Position numbers and translations under genes: made by a program. A stretch of 36,962 nt of DNA from Bdellovibrionota bacterium (GTDB lineage Bacteria > Bdellovibrionota_C > UBA2361 > JBIKWN01): NCBI GenBank assembly GCA_044356295.1, contig JBIKWN010000021.1, forward strand, positions 1 through 36,962. Reading direction: 5' to 3'. Below the pieces are notes generated by a model. The model ran no database searches. It worked only from the letters and a program-made list of their open reading frames with translations, and was not told the origin of the DNA. Positions 1 to 9,440 of this stretch are shown here, in pieces; within the stretch, counting starts at the first letter, position 1; every line of letters starts with the position of its first letter.

Positions 1-192
1 AGTACAACCAGAGATTTCTTCAACATTGATAAGACCTGCGAGTCCAAAAACTTCTTTTAGGATAATAGCGCCCCTATTTAAACTTGAATCGCTTTTCCTG
101 CCAATAGTTTAAGGTTATTAAATAAGAACTAATTCTAAAATTATTTAAGAGCTAATCTATATAAATTTACTCAAGTATAAAGTTTATTAAGA

Positions 193-2127
193 ATGAAGAC
201 CCTTTGGACACCATCGAATGAAAGAATTTCAAATAGCGCTGTTTTTGATTTCTGTAATGTTATTTCTAAAAAATTCAATCTTCCAGTCGACTCGATTGGA
301 GCACTTTACGACTGGAGCATCGCTGAAAATGAATCATTTTGGCGTGAAGTGTGGGATTTTTGCGAAATTGCAGGTAATCGCCGCGGGAAGACCTTAGAGC
401 ATGAAAGTACAATGTATCTGGCAAAATTTTTTCCAGACTCACAGATTAATTTTGCTTCAAATTTACTTCGCTTCGCCCTGGATCCAATTATTAGCCAACA
501 ATGCGCCCTCTCTGCTTGGAGTGAGTCAAATCACACCAATTCGATCTCATATCAACATCTATTTGAAGAAGTTGTTCGTGTAAGAAAATATTTAATTGAT
601 ATCGGTATTCAATCAAATGATGTTGTGGCAGGTTTTGTTGCCAATACTCCACTTGCTGTTGTCGCAATGCTTGCAACGACAAGTATTGGTGCAATCTGGA
701 CAAGTTGTTCCCCAGATTTTGGTGTATCGGGGGTTCTCGATCGCTTCGGTCAAACAAAACCCAAAGTACTTTTTACCTCTGAAGAATATATTTTCAAAGG
801 GAACACAATCTGTCTGCGAAACAAAATCTCTGAGATATCATCTGCTATCCCATCACTAAAAAAAGTTATTCGAGAAACAGAATTACATTTATTTGAACAA
901 CCTGCATCAATGTCAGTTAGTGACAGAAAGATACAGTTAGAGTCGTGGCAACTTTTCTCTTTCAATCATCCACTGGTAATTCTTTACTCTTCAGGCACAA
1001 CTGGAAAACCAAAATGTATTATTCACCGGTCAGGTGGGGTTTTACTTGAACAAATAAAAGAGCTCAAATTACATGTTGGCTTAAAACAGGATGATGTTAT
1101 TTTTTATCAAACTACTTGTGGTTGGATGATGTGGAATTGGCTTATTTCAAGCCTTTTTTGCGGATCAAAAGTCATTCTTTATGATGGTTCACCAATTGAA
1201 AAAAATGGCACCATCTTGTTTGATATTGTTGATAAAGAACAAATTTCTATTTTTGGAACGAACGCAAAATGGATTTCGATAATTCAAAAACTAAATCTTT
1301 CTCCTAAAAAATCACACTCACTTTCATCGTTGCACACAATACTTTCTACTGGCTCACCGCTGAGTGAAGAAAATTTTGAGTATATCTATGAAGAAATTAA
1401 AAAAGATATTTGTCTTTCATCAATCAGTGGTGGAACCGATATTCTTGGATGCTTCGCTTTAGGTTCAGAAACTCTTCCCGTTGTTTCAGGGGAACTACAA
1501 ACAAGAAGCTTAGGACTAGCTGTCGAAGTATGGGACGAAAATCAAAATTCAATTACTGATCAAACAGGCGAACTGGTTTGTACAAAACCATTCCCTTCTC
1601 AACCGCTTGGATTTTGGGATGATCTTTCATTCGAAAAATATCGATCTGCCTATTTTTATCGTAATGAAAATGTTTGGTATCACGGCGACTTTGTTAAATT
1701 AACCAACCGTGGAAGTATGATTTTTTATGGGCGATCTGATGCAGTATTAAATCCCGGGGGTGTAAGGATTGGGACGGCTGAGATCTATGCACAAATTCAA
1801 AAAATTCCTGAAGTTACCGAATGTATTGTCTGTGGAAAGAATAAAAATAACGACGTCGAAGTATTTCTTTTCGTAACCCTTCAATCTGGCATGACCCTTA
1901 ATCAAGCCTTATGTGACAAAATTAGAAAGACAATTCGCTTAAATACAACTGCGTTTCACGTGCCAAAACATATTTTGCAAGTGCCTGAAATTCCTAAAAC
2001 TCATAATGGAAAACTAACAGAACTTGCAATTGGGGATATATTGAATAATAAAACAGTGAGAAATACAGAATCTTTACAAAATCCTGATGCCCTTAAAGAA
2101 TTTTATATGATTGCAGAAAAATATTGA
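193..2127 (+). CDS. aacS: Acetoacetate--CoA ligase (acetoacetyl-CoA synthetase)
   Basis: 644-aa ORF; AMP-binding motif ILYSSGTTGKPKCIIH; family motifs SCSPDFG, TTCGWMMWNWL, SISGGTD, GRSDAVLNPGGVRIGTAEIY. Confidence 0.93.
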   Translation: MKTLWTPSNERISNSAVFDFCNVISKKFNLPVDSIGALYDWSIAENESFWREVWDFCEIAGNRRGKTLEHESTMYLAKFFPDSQINFASNLLRFALDPIISQQCALSAWSESNHTNSISYQHLFEEVVRVRKYLIDIGIQSNDVVAGFVANTPLAVVAMLATTSIGAIWTSCSPDFGVSGVLDRFGQTKPKVLFTSEEYIFKGNTICLRNKISEISSAIPSLKKVIRETELHLFEQPASMSVSDRKIQLESWQLFSFNHPLVILYSSGTTGKPKCIIHRSGGVLLEQIKELKLHVGLKQDDVIFYQTTCGWMMWNWLISSLFCGSKVILYDGSPIEKNGTILFDIVDKEQISIFGTNAKWISIIQKLNLSPKKSHSLSSLHTILSTGSPLSEENFEYIYEEIKKDICLSSISGGTDILGCFALGSETLPVVSGELQTRSLGLAVEVWDENQNSITDQTGELVCTKPFPSQPLGFWDDLSFEKYRSAYFYRNENVWYHGDFVKLTNRGSMIFYGRSDAVLNPGGVRIGTAEIYAQIQKIPEVTECIVCGKNKNNDVEVFLFVTLQSGMTLNQALCDKIRKTIRLNTTAFHVPKHILQVPEIPKTHNGKLTELAIGDILNNKTVRNTESLQNPDALKEFYMIAEKY

Positions 2128-2176
2128 TTAATTGTAACTTGGCAAACCAAAAGCAAGACTGTAATACTTTCCCAGC

Positions 2177-4192
2177 ATGAAGATTAAATCTTGCTTATCT
2201 ATAGCTGCCTCTTTAACAATTATTACCCTAAGCCAAAGTATTGCTTATGCAGAAACACATGCGTTAGCAAATATGTCTTTAGAGGAGCTAATGAATGTTA
2301 CTGTTTCATCAGTATCTAAAAGAGACGAGCAACTCAAGGATGCCTCAGCAGCAATTTATGTAATTACTGCTCAAGATATCGCACACTCTAACGCGACATC
2401 ACTTCCTGAACTTCTTCGACAAGTTCCTGGACTACACGTTGCGCGTATTGATGGATCAAATTGGGCAATAAGCTCTCGCGGATTTAACGGTCTGTTTAAT
2501 AACAAGATGCTCGTTATGATTGACGGGCGCAGCGTCTATACCCCTCTCTTTGGAGGAGTCTTCTGGCAGGTTCAAGATACAATGCTCGAAGATATCGAAC
2601 GAATCGAAGTAATTAAAGGCTCAGGTAGCGCTGTTTGGGGAGTAAACGCTGTAAACGGTGTGATCAATATCCTTACTAAGAATACCAATCAAACTACTGG
2701 CTCACTTGTTACAACTTCACTCAGTAACGAAGGGCAAGTGTTAAGTGCTCGCTACGGAGAATCTCTCTCTGATAAATCATCATTTAAAGTTTATGGTAAA
2801 GGAAGAACTACTGATAGCTTTGATAACGTAGGATACAATGCTGGGGACGCAAGAAGCGATGGCTTTAATGGATACAGTACAGGTCAAACTGGTTTCAGAT
2901 ATGATGTGAATGAAAAAGATTTTCAATCTACTATCCAAGGTGATTGGTATGCTGGAAATGTAGAACTTGCAGCAAGAGAACCACTAGCTATTCCACCATT
3001 CTTTCTAGATACAGCAAATACTGGATCGATTTCAGGTGGAAATCTAATAGCAAAAAACAAGTGGTTATACGGTTCAGGAGATAGTCTTGAAACATCATTA
3101 ATCTTTGATAGAACCAACAGGGAAGATCAAATTTTAAAGCAAGGCATTTCAACCTATGAAGGCTCAATCCAATATTCATTAGCATCTATCAACGATCATC
3201 AGCTTTCCTTTGGGTCGGGATACCGGTTTGCTGATCTGGGACTTGAGCCAAAATCGTTAATAACGAACCTTGATATAGATCACTCAATTCAAACAGTTAA
3301 TGCTTTTGTACAAGATAAATATTCACTCTCTGAGTCACTCGATATCACAGCTGGGCTAAAATTTGAACATCATGAATTTATTGGTGCCCAGTGGCTTCCT
3401 ACACTTCGTTCATCATGGGCTGCAACTGATTCAACGACTTTATGGGGTGCTTATTCACGTGCTGCACGTGTCCCAAGTGTATCTGAAAATCAATTCGCTA
3501 TAGATAATGGTGCTGTACAAGTTGCACCTGATACTCTGCTCAATTCTCAACTCCTTGCGAATAAAGCTTCAGAAGCAGAAATTCTTAATGGATTCGAATT
3601 AGGGTTACGTACACAACCAGTAAGTTCTGTCTCTTTTGATAATGCACTTTATTTCAATCAGTTTGACAAACTTTCAACCTTTGCAGCAAATAGTTTAATC
3701 TCTGCTGATCCAAGAATCGGTCAGAATCCTTTCCTTCCGATATTGCTTCAAAATAATGGTAACGCAAATGTTATCGGACTTGAATCAGTCATTACTGCAA
3801 ATCTTTCAAAACAGCTACGAGTCCAAGGGTGGTACTCACTTTCAGTTACCAATGCTTCATTTGACGGACAAGGTGATAGCTCTTCATCAGATAGGAATGA
3901 AGATTCAACACCAATCAACCAAGCGTCACTAAAGGCATTTTATACATTAAATGACCAATGGAATTTCTCGACAGGACTACGGTATGTAGATTCTGTGTCG
4001 CTTTTTGAAATTCCAAGCTATATCGCAGGCAGCGTAAGAATTGGATACAAACCAATTTCTTCCTTCGAGCTAGCACTTGGAATCGAAAATCTCTTTGCAC
4101 CAAATCATATTGAATATCAATCTGATTATATAAGCATTCCAAGAAGTGAAATTCCAACATTGGGTTATCTACAGGCTAAAGTCACATTCTAG
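2177..4192 (+). CDS. TonB-dependent outer-membrane receptor (plug + beta-barrel)
   Basis: Signal peptide; plug motifs LEELMNVTVSSVSK, LPELLRQVPGL, LVMIDGRSVY, IERIEVIKG..A.WGVNAVNGVINI; C-terminal Phe (QAKVTF). Confidence 0.93.
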   Translation: MKIKSCLSIAASLTIITLSQSIAYAETHALANMSLEELMNVTVSSVSKRDEQLKDASAAIYVITAQDIAHSNATSLPELLRQVPGLHVARIDGSNWAISSRGFNGLFNNKMLVMIDGRSVYTPLFGGVFWQVQDTMLEDIERIEVIKGSGSAVWGVNAVNGVINILTKNTNQTTGSLVTTSLSNEGQVLSARYGESLSDKSSFKVYGKGRTTDSFDNVGYNAGDARSDGFNGYSTGQTGFRYDVNEKDFQSTIQGDWYAGNVELAAREPLAIPPFFLDTANTGSISGGNLIAKNKWLYGSGDSLETSLIFDRTNREDQILKQGISTYEGSIQYSLASINDHQLSFGSGYRFADLGLEPKSLITNLDIDHSIQTVNAFVQDKYSLSESLDITAGLKFEHHEFIGAQWLPTLRSSWAATDSTTLWGAYSRAARVPSVSENQFAIDNGAVQVAPDTLLNSQLLANKASEAEILNGFELGLRTQPVSSVSFDNALYFNQFDKLSTFAANSLISADPRIGQNPFLPILLQNNGNANVIGLESVITANLSKQLRVQGWYSLSVTNASFDGQGDSSSSDRNEDSTPINQASLKAFYTLNDQWNFSTGLRYVDSVSLFEIPSYIAGSVRIGYKPISSFELALGIENLFAPNHIEYQSDYISIPRSEIPTLGYLQAKVTF

Positions 4193-4194
4193 TT

Positions 4195-4827
4195 ATGAAG
4201 TTTAGTAAAAAAATTCCCTATACAATCTTTGCGGTCTTGATAGGTGGATCCCTGCTTTTTGGATCTCTGGCACAAGCCGAGGAACAGTCCCCTTCGGTTA
4301 AAGAGCTCAAAGGTGCTTTTATCCTCAACTTTATTAAATTTGTTAGATTTAAGAACGAACCAAATATTTATACAGCCTGCATCATAAAAGACCGCCAAGT
4401 GTTTGATTTCCTTGATAAAAATGCCCCGAAAAAAATTGCTGACAAGACATTAAATCTTAAGTTTTCCGAAAGTGAATCCGATGTATCTTTATGTAACGTG
4501 GTATACATTGCTAACGGGAAGCAACTTGAGGCTCGAAAAGATACACTCATTATCACTGATCAAAGTGGTGGTGGAGTCATTGAATTGATGCTTCAAGATG
4601 ACAAACTAGTATTTGGTATAAACTCTACCAAAGCTCAGTCTGCTAATTTAAGTTTTCCGTCTCAAGTTATGAGCCTTGCGGTACAGTTAAGCAGTCTGTC
4701 CAACAATGAGCATTTTTTCGAGCAACTTATCAATAACGAGCAAAGTAACAGTAGCTACTTTGCTGACAACGCTAGTCGCAACGTTTATGGCGACAGTGAT
4801 GTTTATCGCCTATCAAGGATGGGCTAG
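4195..4827 (+). CDS. YfiR/HmsC-family (DUF4154) periplasmic regulator
   Basis: Signal peptide; [13 protein letters not shown], two Cys (CII, CNVVYI), GGVIEL...KLVFGIN...A..ANL.F; position between TBDR and sensor kinase. The last ~40 codons overlap the next gene. Confidence 0.82.
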   Translation: MKFSKKIPYTIFAVLIGGSLLFGSLAQAEEQSPSVKELKGAFILNFIKFVRFKNEPNIYTACIIKDRQVFDFLDKNAPKKIADKTLNLKFSESESDVSLCNVVYIANGKQLEARKDTLIITDQSGGGVIELMLQDDKLVFGINSTKAQSANLSFPSQVMSLAVQLSSLSNNEHFFEQLINNEQSNSSYFADNASRNVYGDSDVYRLSRMG

Positions 4828-7129
4828 TTACGAATCACTACGATCTTACGGAAACTCAATTACTTCAGTAAATGCTGCTAATCTTCAAGCGAGCCTTGCA
4901 TTTCAAGATTATGAATCCGTTACAAAGCTTCTTCATGCTCTAAACTTTGCTGAAAGTTTTCGTCATGCTGCTGTATTTGACGCCACTGGAAAAATACTTG
5001 TTGAGTCTGGGGATCGTACAAAAGAAGATTTTAAACCATTATTTAGATCTCATTTAAAAGAATCTGAAATTTTATCCCATTCTCTTGATGTTATCGTACG
5101 AACTCCTATCTCACTTGGGGATCAGGAACTTGGTCAACTGATAACTTCATGGGACGGCGCTAGAATTATAAGTGAAGTACAAAATCAAATTACATTAGGG
5201 TTTCTTGTCTTCTTGCTTGTCTCACTCTTGGCAGTTGCAGCTTCAAAGTTATGGAGGCGACTACTAAGCGAACCAATTTTACTTCTGTTAAAAACAGTAG
5301 AAAAAATTGAGAAATCCAAAGATTATTCAATCCGCATAAATCCCAATACACTCGATGAAACAGGAAAATTGACTCACGCATTTAACGAGATGCTTGAGCA
5401 AATACAGGAACGAGACCAAGAACTTGAATATTATAATAAAGATCTAGAACAACAGGTTCAAGAAAGAACATTGCAGCTTGAGTATCAAAATAGTGAATTA
5501 AAAAATGCAATACGAAAGGCGGAAGAAGCAAGTCAGGCAAAAAGCTTCTTCTTAGCCAATATGAGCCATGAGATTAGAACACCTCTTAATGGCGTCATCG
5601 GAATGACTGAACTTGCGCTTACTACAGACTTGTCATTAGAACAAAAAGAATACCTTGAACTTTCACAAAGTTCAGCAAAGTCACTGCTTCATATCGTAAA
5701 TGATGTCCTTGATTTCTCAAAAATTGAAGCACAACAAATTATCCTTGAAGCTCAATCGATAAGTCTTCGCAAGTTAGTATACAGCACCATAAAGTCATTT
5801 TCAGATAGAGCGGCTATAAATAATATCGAGCTCGTCTGCGATGTTGCACCAAATATTTTGGATACTATCATCACAGATCCAACAAGACTGCGTCAGATTC
5901 TTACAAATTTACTTGGTAATGCGATTAAATTCACCTTATCTGGTGATATTGTTTTATCCGTTCGATATTCACACAGAGGTGACAGCAAAACGTTCTTGCG
6001 ATTTGCTGTTAAAGATACTGGCATTGGAATACCTCTCGACAAGCAATCATCAATATTTAATGCCTTTACACAAGCAGATGATACGACGACTCGTCGATTT
6101 GGGGGCACTGGATTAGGACTTGCTATCTCAGCAAAATTAGTTGAACTACTTGGTGGGAAAATCGACATTGCAAGCGAACCAAACATTGGTAGCGCATTCT
6201 TCTTCACGCTCCCTCTTGAAATGAAACAACCTTCTTTCAAGACACAATCATTAGAGATTCAAAAAGTTATTACAGCTAAAAATTTCCAACTCATCTCTAA
6301 TCAACCTGGAGTAATTCGGTACTACAGACAACAACTAGAATTTAATAATAACAAGGTTGAAATTATTGAAAACCTTTCAACTGCAACATACACTCCCCAA
6401 AATTGTGCTATTGATTTAACTATTTTAGATGATACGGTTCTCAAAGAATTTGATAGCTCACTTTGGAAAAGTATCATCAAAGAATTTGTATCATCTCGCA
6501 ATCATCCCGTTTTACTGTCCTGTGCAATTGGAAATTTATCTCATATTGCCGATCTTATTGATGGAGAAACGATTGCTTTTTTATCAAAGCCAGCTTCGCC
6601 TAGTGAACTATGGGAAGCCATTGGAAAACTATCTACAAACCAACCTGAACAGATAGATATCAAACCATCCGTTGCAACTGAGATAGCTACTATTGCCTCA
6701 AAGAATCAAACTGCACAGCCTTTGAATATACTTGTAGCTGAAGATCATACAGTCAATCAGAAATTAATCCGCGCAATTCTAGAAAAAGATGGTCATAAAG
6801 TTACTATTGCTGATAACGGTGCTATTGCCTTATCCACACTGGAATCTGCAGGTTACTGGCACGGCAAAAAAGAATTCGATTTAATTCTTATGGATATACA
6901 GATGCCAGAAATGGGTGGCATTGAAACAACTTGGCGAATACGAACGTTAGAGAATAATCATAAATTCCAAAAACATATTCCAATTATTGCTCTTACTGCT
7001 CATGCAGCTGATTCACATCGAACAGAATACCTTAATGCTGGTATGGATGAACACTTAACGAAACCAATTGATAGAAAAAAATTAATGGAAACGTTGGTAC
7101 GGATTAGTGGTTCTCCGGCGAGTGAGTGA
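4706..7129 (+). CDS. Hybrid sensor histidine kinase/response regulator (TM-periplasmic sensor-HAMP-HisKA-HATPase-degenerate REC-REC)
   Basis: H-box [16 protein letters not shown]-box [15 protein letters not shown]-boxes DTGIGI and [25 protein letters not shown], terminal receiver VAED...[12 protein letters not shown]...LTKP. Confidence 0.95.
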   Translation: MSIFSSNLSITSKVTVATLLTTLVATFMATVMFIAYQGWASYESLRSYGNSITSVNAANLQASLAFQDYESVTKLLHALNFAESFRHAAVFDATGKILVESGDRTKEDFKPLFRSHLKESEILSHSLDVIVRTPISLGDQELGQLITSWDGARIISEVQNQITLGFLVFLLVSLLAVAASKLWRRLLSEPILLLLKTVEKIEKSKDYSIRINPNTLDETGKLTHAFNEMLEQIQERDQELEYYNKDLEQQVQERTLQLEYQNSELKNAIRKAEEASQAKSFFLANMSHEIRTPLNGVIGMTELALTTDLSLEQKEYLELSQSSAKSLLHIVNDVLDFSKIEAQQIILEAQSISLRKLVYSTIKSFSDRAAINNIELVCDVAPNILDTIITDPTRLRQILTNLLGNAIKFTLSGDIVLSVRYSHRGDSKTFLRFAVKDTGIGIPLDKQSSIFNAFTQADDTTTRRFGGTGLGLAISAKLVELLGGKIDIASEPNIGSAFFFTLPLEMKQPSFKTQSLEIQKVITAKNFQLISNQPGVIRYYRQQLEFNNNKVEIIENLSTATYTPQNCAIDLTILDDTVLKEFDSSLWKSIIKEFVSSRNHPVLLSCAIGNLSHIADLIDGETIAFLSKPASPSELWEAIGKLSTNQPEQIDIKPSVATEIATIASKNQTAQPLNILVAEDHTVNQKLIRAILEKDGHKVTIADNGAIALSTLESAGYWHGKKEFDLILMDIQMPEMGGIETTWRIRTLENNHKFQKHIPIIALTAHAADSHRTEYLNAGMDEHLTKPIDRKKLMETLVRISGSPASE

Positions 7130-7163
7130 GACTTCCCTTTGGGTTTTTCCACATATTTTTTTG

Positions 7164-7192
7164 TAACGCGAAGGTCGCGAAGTACGCGAAGG
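7164..7192. repeat. Single arm of dispersed 9-mer-based repeat (TAACGCGAAGGTCGCGAAGTACGCGAAGG)
   Basis: 29-bp exact match to 14290-14318; lies between convergent genes. Confidence 0.9.
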
Positions 7193-7218
7193 GGAATTTA
7201 TAGCTTTGAATTCAAAAA

Positions 7219-8085
7219 CTAACGCTTTGGGTTTGTTGTATGCCACGCGTCACGTGCAAACTTAGGAATTGCAAAACTTGCATTATGGAGCTCTTCGGTA
7301 TAGTAACGAAGCCCTTCTGGGATTCGTTTTGGATCAATTGAGAAATCGTAAGGATTGGTTGCCTTTGAAAGAAAAGTAAAACCGATAATTCCTGCAGGAT
7401 AGGTTGGAACGACTGTATAGTAGTATCCACGGTGTGGGAAAAGGTTTGGAAGAAAATTAAAAAGCTTTGAAACACTTTCAAAATGGGCTTTATAAGCGAA
7501 ATTTTCAGCTTGATTTACAAAGATACCTTTATCTTTCATCGCCGTTTTTATATCAGCAAAAAAATGCTCACTGAAAAGCACTTCAGCTGGTCCAACTGGA
7601 TCTGTTGAATCAACGATAACGATATCAAAATAATCTTTAAACTGTTTTGTATAAGCACATCCATCAGAGTAAATATGCTTAACCCGCGGATCTGAAAGCT
7701 TACAAGAAATTTGTGGAAAGTTTCTGACACAAGCTTTTACAACTTCTTCATCAAGCTCACAGAAATGAACTTCTTTCACTGAAGGATGTTTTAAAACTTC
7801 ACGAACAATCCCACCATCACCACCACCGATAATAAGAATTTTTTCAGGATTTGGATGTGAAAGCATTGGAACGTGGGTAAGCATCTCATGATAATGCGGC
7901 TCATCATGTTCAGTAAGCTGAACGACACCGTCAAGAGTTAGAACTTTCCCAAACTCAACGCTCTCATAGACAGCGAGGTCTTGGTACTGCGTACGATAAT
8001 TTTCAATCGTACGCTTAATTTTAATCCGGTAACTCCACCCCTGCTCTTCCGAGAAGATCGGGCGCTCGTACAACCAAAGTTCCAT
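7219..8085 (-). CDS. speE: Polyamine aminopropyltransferase (spermidine synthase)
   Basis: T.YQ...FGKVLTLDG..Q.TE.DE..YHEML.H; ILIIGGGDGG..REVLKH; DIVIVDSTDPVGPA. Confidence 0.95.
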   Translation of the reverse strand: MELWLYERPIFSEEQGWSYRIKIKRTIENYRTQYQDLAVYESVEFGKVLTLDGVVQLTEHDEPHYHEMLTHVPMLSHPNPEKILIIGGGDGGIVREVLKHPSVKEVHFCELDEEVVKACVRNFPQISCKLSDPRVKHIYSDGCAYTKQFKDYFDIVIVDSTDPVGPAEVLFSEHFFADIKTAMKDKGIFVNQAENFAYKAHFESVSKLFNFLPNLFPHRGYYYTVVPTYPAGIIGFTFLSKATNPYDFSIDPKRIPEGLRYYTEELHNASFAIPKFARDAWHTTNPKR

Positions 8086-8100
8086 TGCTAATTACTATTT

Positions 8101-8577
8101 TTAGAATCGGTTACAGGTGTTAACACGAACGACATCACCTTTGAAGAATGTTCTTGTAAACTCAGCAACAATCTTTGGATCGTATGCTTTGCAAGAGAAC
8201 ACATCGATGTATGAACGGTTTGATTCGTTAGCAAAATGTCCAGAGATACAAGAAGTCTCAATTAATTGAAACATAGAATATCCAGCAACACGCTCATCTT
8301 CACCGAAGTGAACAACATTACACTCACCGAATCGCTTCATATCGATAAGATCGCAAAGTTCAATAACGTAGCGCTTAATCTCATCAGCAGAACGGATTGT
8401 GTAAGCATCACAGTTTTCAACATCAAAGCTAGAAAGAAGTCCCCATGCTCCGTCAGTCCATGCTTTATCACCACGGTACGTAATCGGGCTCTTTTGAGTT
8501 TTCTGAGCAGTACTACCGTTAGATTTTACACCATTCGGGGTAATAATTTCGTTAGATATGATTTCAATGTTTTCCAT
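8101..8577 (-). CDS. SpeD-family pyruvoyl-dependent decarboxylase proenzyme, divergent paralog (AdoMetDC or neofunctionalised ornithine/arginine decarboxylase)
   Basis: GYSMFQLIET|SCISGHF self-cleavage motif, YIDVFSCK; ATG overlaps upstream speD stop (TAATG). Confidence 0.85.
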   Translation of the reverse strand: MENIEIISNEIITPNGVKSNGSTAQKTQKSPITYRGDKAWTDGAWGLLSSFDVENCDAYTIRSADEIKRYVIELCDLIDMKRFGECNVVHFGEDERVAGYSMFQLIETSCISGHFANESNRSYIDVFSCKAYDPKIVAEFTRTFFKGDVVRVNTCNRF

Positions 8578-9002
8578 TACGCTGCTGCTCCTTCTAGCAC
8601 TGCTACTTGTTTGTGCATTTTATTTTTATTATTTAAAAGACCATTCACACCGTGACCGAGGATTCCTCGATTCATTTCAACAACAGAAACGCTTCCTGCT
8701 TTAAGACCTTTCTCAAGCATCTCGAGACAAAGATTATTGTCGATAAGATCACCACAAGTGAACACATCCACTGCGCAGTAACCATGCTCAGGCCAAGTGT
8801 GTATTGTAAGGTGTGATTCAGATATCACAACAACACCACTAACACCATGTGGGCTAAACTTATGAAAATTTGAACTAATGACAGTCGCGCCAGAATCCTT
8901 GGCAGTTTTAACAAATAATTTCTCTATACCATGTTCATCATTAATTGCAGATACATCACAATTGTAGAATTCAGCTAAAATGTGCTTACCAAGAGCTTCC
9001 AT
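8577..9002 (-). CDS. speD: S-adenosylmethionine decarboxylase proenzyme (class 1b)
   Basis: LGKHILAEFYNC; FHKFSPHGVSGVVVISE|SHLTIHTWPEHGYCAVDVFTCG; SD GGAGG upstream. Confidence 0.95.
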   Translation of the reverse strand: MEALGKHILAEFYNCDVSAINDEHGIEKLFVKTAKDSGATVISSNFHKFSPHGVSGVVVISESHLTIHTWPEHGYCAVDVFTCGDLIDNNLCLEMLEKGLKAGSVSVVEMNRGILGHGVNGLLNNKNKMHKQVAVLEGAAA

Positions 9003-9036
9003 ATGTAAGGGTCCTCCCTATAAAATAAACGCCAAC

Positions 9037-9055
9037 TGGTTCGACAGGCTCACCA
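9037..9055. repeat. REP-like short palindrome TGGTTCGACAGGCTCACCA
   Basis: Imperfect hairpin resembling the widespread TTCGACAGGCTCA-core extragenic repeats; single copy in window. Confidence 0.4.
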
Positions 9056-9113
9056 TAAACAGGTTTACCAAGACCGCGAACTGCTCACTTCAGATAAATA
9101 ATTTTTGTTTTTT

Positions 9114-9249
9114 GGATATAACGAAGGAAGGTATATGCGATCCTACGACGAATTTTAGAGAATGACTCTCTAAGTCGCGGAATTCGCAATCTGCCACTAA
9201 CGACAATATTTCCTTCGAGGAGTTTGGCCGAACGCTCCTCTAAATATCC
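9114..9249 (-). ncRNA. Candidate structured cis-regulatory RNA in the speD leader (no known family recognised)
   Basis: Nested complementary segments: 9114-9119/9244-9249, 9122-9129/9210-9217, 9136-9140/9184-9188, 9145-9149/9174-9178, 9155-9161/9167-9173, 9192-9196/9201-9205, 9217-9222/9235-9240; imperfect pairs are G-U on the minus strand. Confidence 0.55.
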
Positions 9250-9359
9250 CCTAAACAAACTTAACGCCCGGTTAGCGTATGATTTACCCAAAGTAATACT
9301 CGGACCCTCGAGGGTTTATTCAAATGAACTCCCCCAACGAATATCGCCGATATGAATTG

Positions 9360-9387
9360 AGAATAACAGACCCCCCCCCTTTGTCAA
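9360..9387 (-). promoter_or_regulatory. Sigma70 promoter for the speD-speD2-speE operon with G9 tract in spacer
   Basis: TTGACA (9387-9382), 16-nt spacer AAGGGGGGGGGTCTGT, TATTCT (9365-9360) with extended -10 TG. Confidence 0.65.
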
Positions 9388-9405
9388 TAAATAATGATTG
9401 ATTTT

Positions 9406-9434
9406 TTGAAAATAATTTCGCTCCCTGCTAGGGT
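9406..9434 (+). promoter_or_regulatory. Sigma70 promoter of mtnN, probably leaderless transcript
   Basis: TTGAAA-N17-TAGGGT with extended TG; -10 ends 6 nt before ATG 9441; no clear SD. Confidence 0.5.
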
Positions 9435-9440
9435 TGGGTC

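Noticed and set aside
1..26. Possible gene start on the minus strand (ATG 26, MLKKSLVV...)
   Set aside because: Only eight codons visible; cannot be supported
2139..2155. Sigma54-like GG-N10-GC upstream of the TonB receptor
   Set aside because: Lacks the TTGC -12 element; too weak
9114..9249. Assignment to SAM-I or lysine riboswitch (AGAGGAGCG resembles the lysine 5' end)
   Set aside because: Remaining consensus elements not found by eye; left unassigned
9085..9291. 68-aa ORF in the speD leader as a leader peptide
   Set aside because: TTG start without a well-placed SD and the sequence is better explained by RNA pairing; not fully excluded
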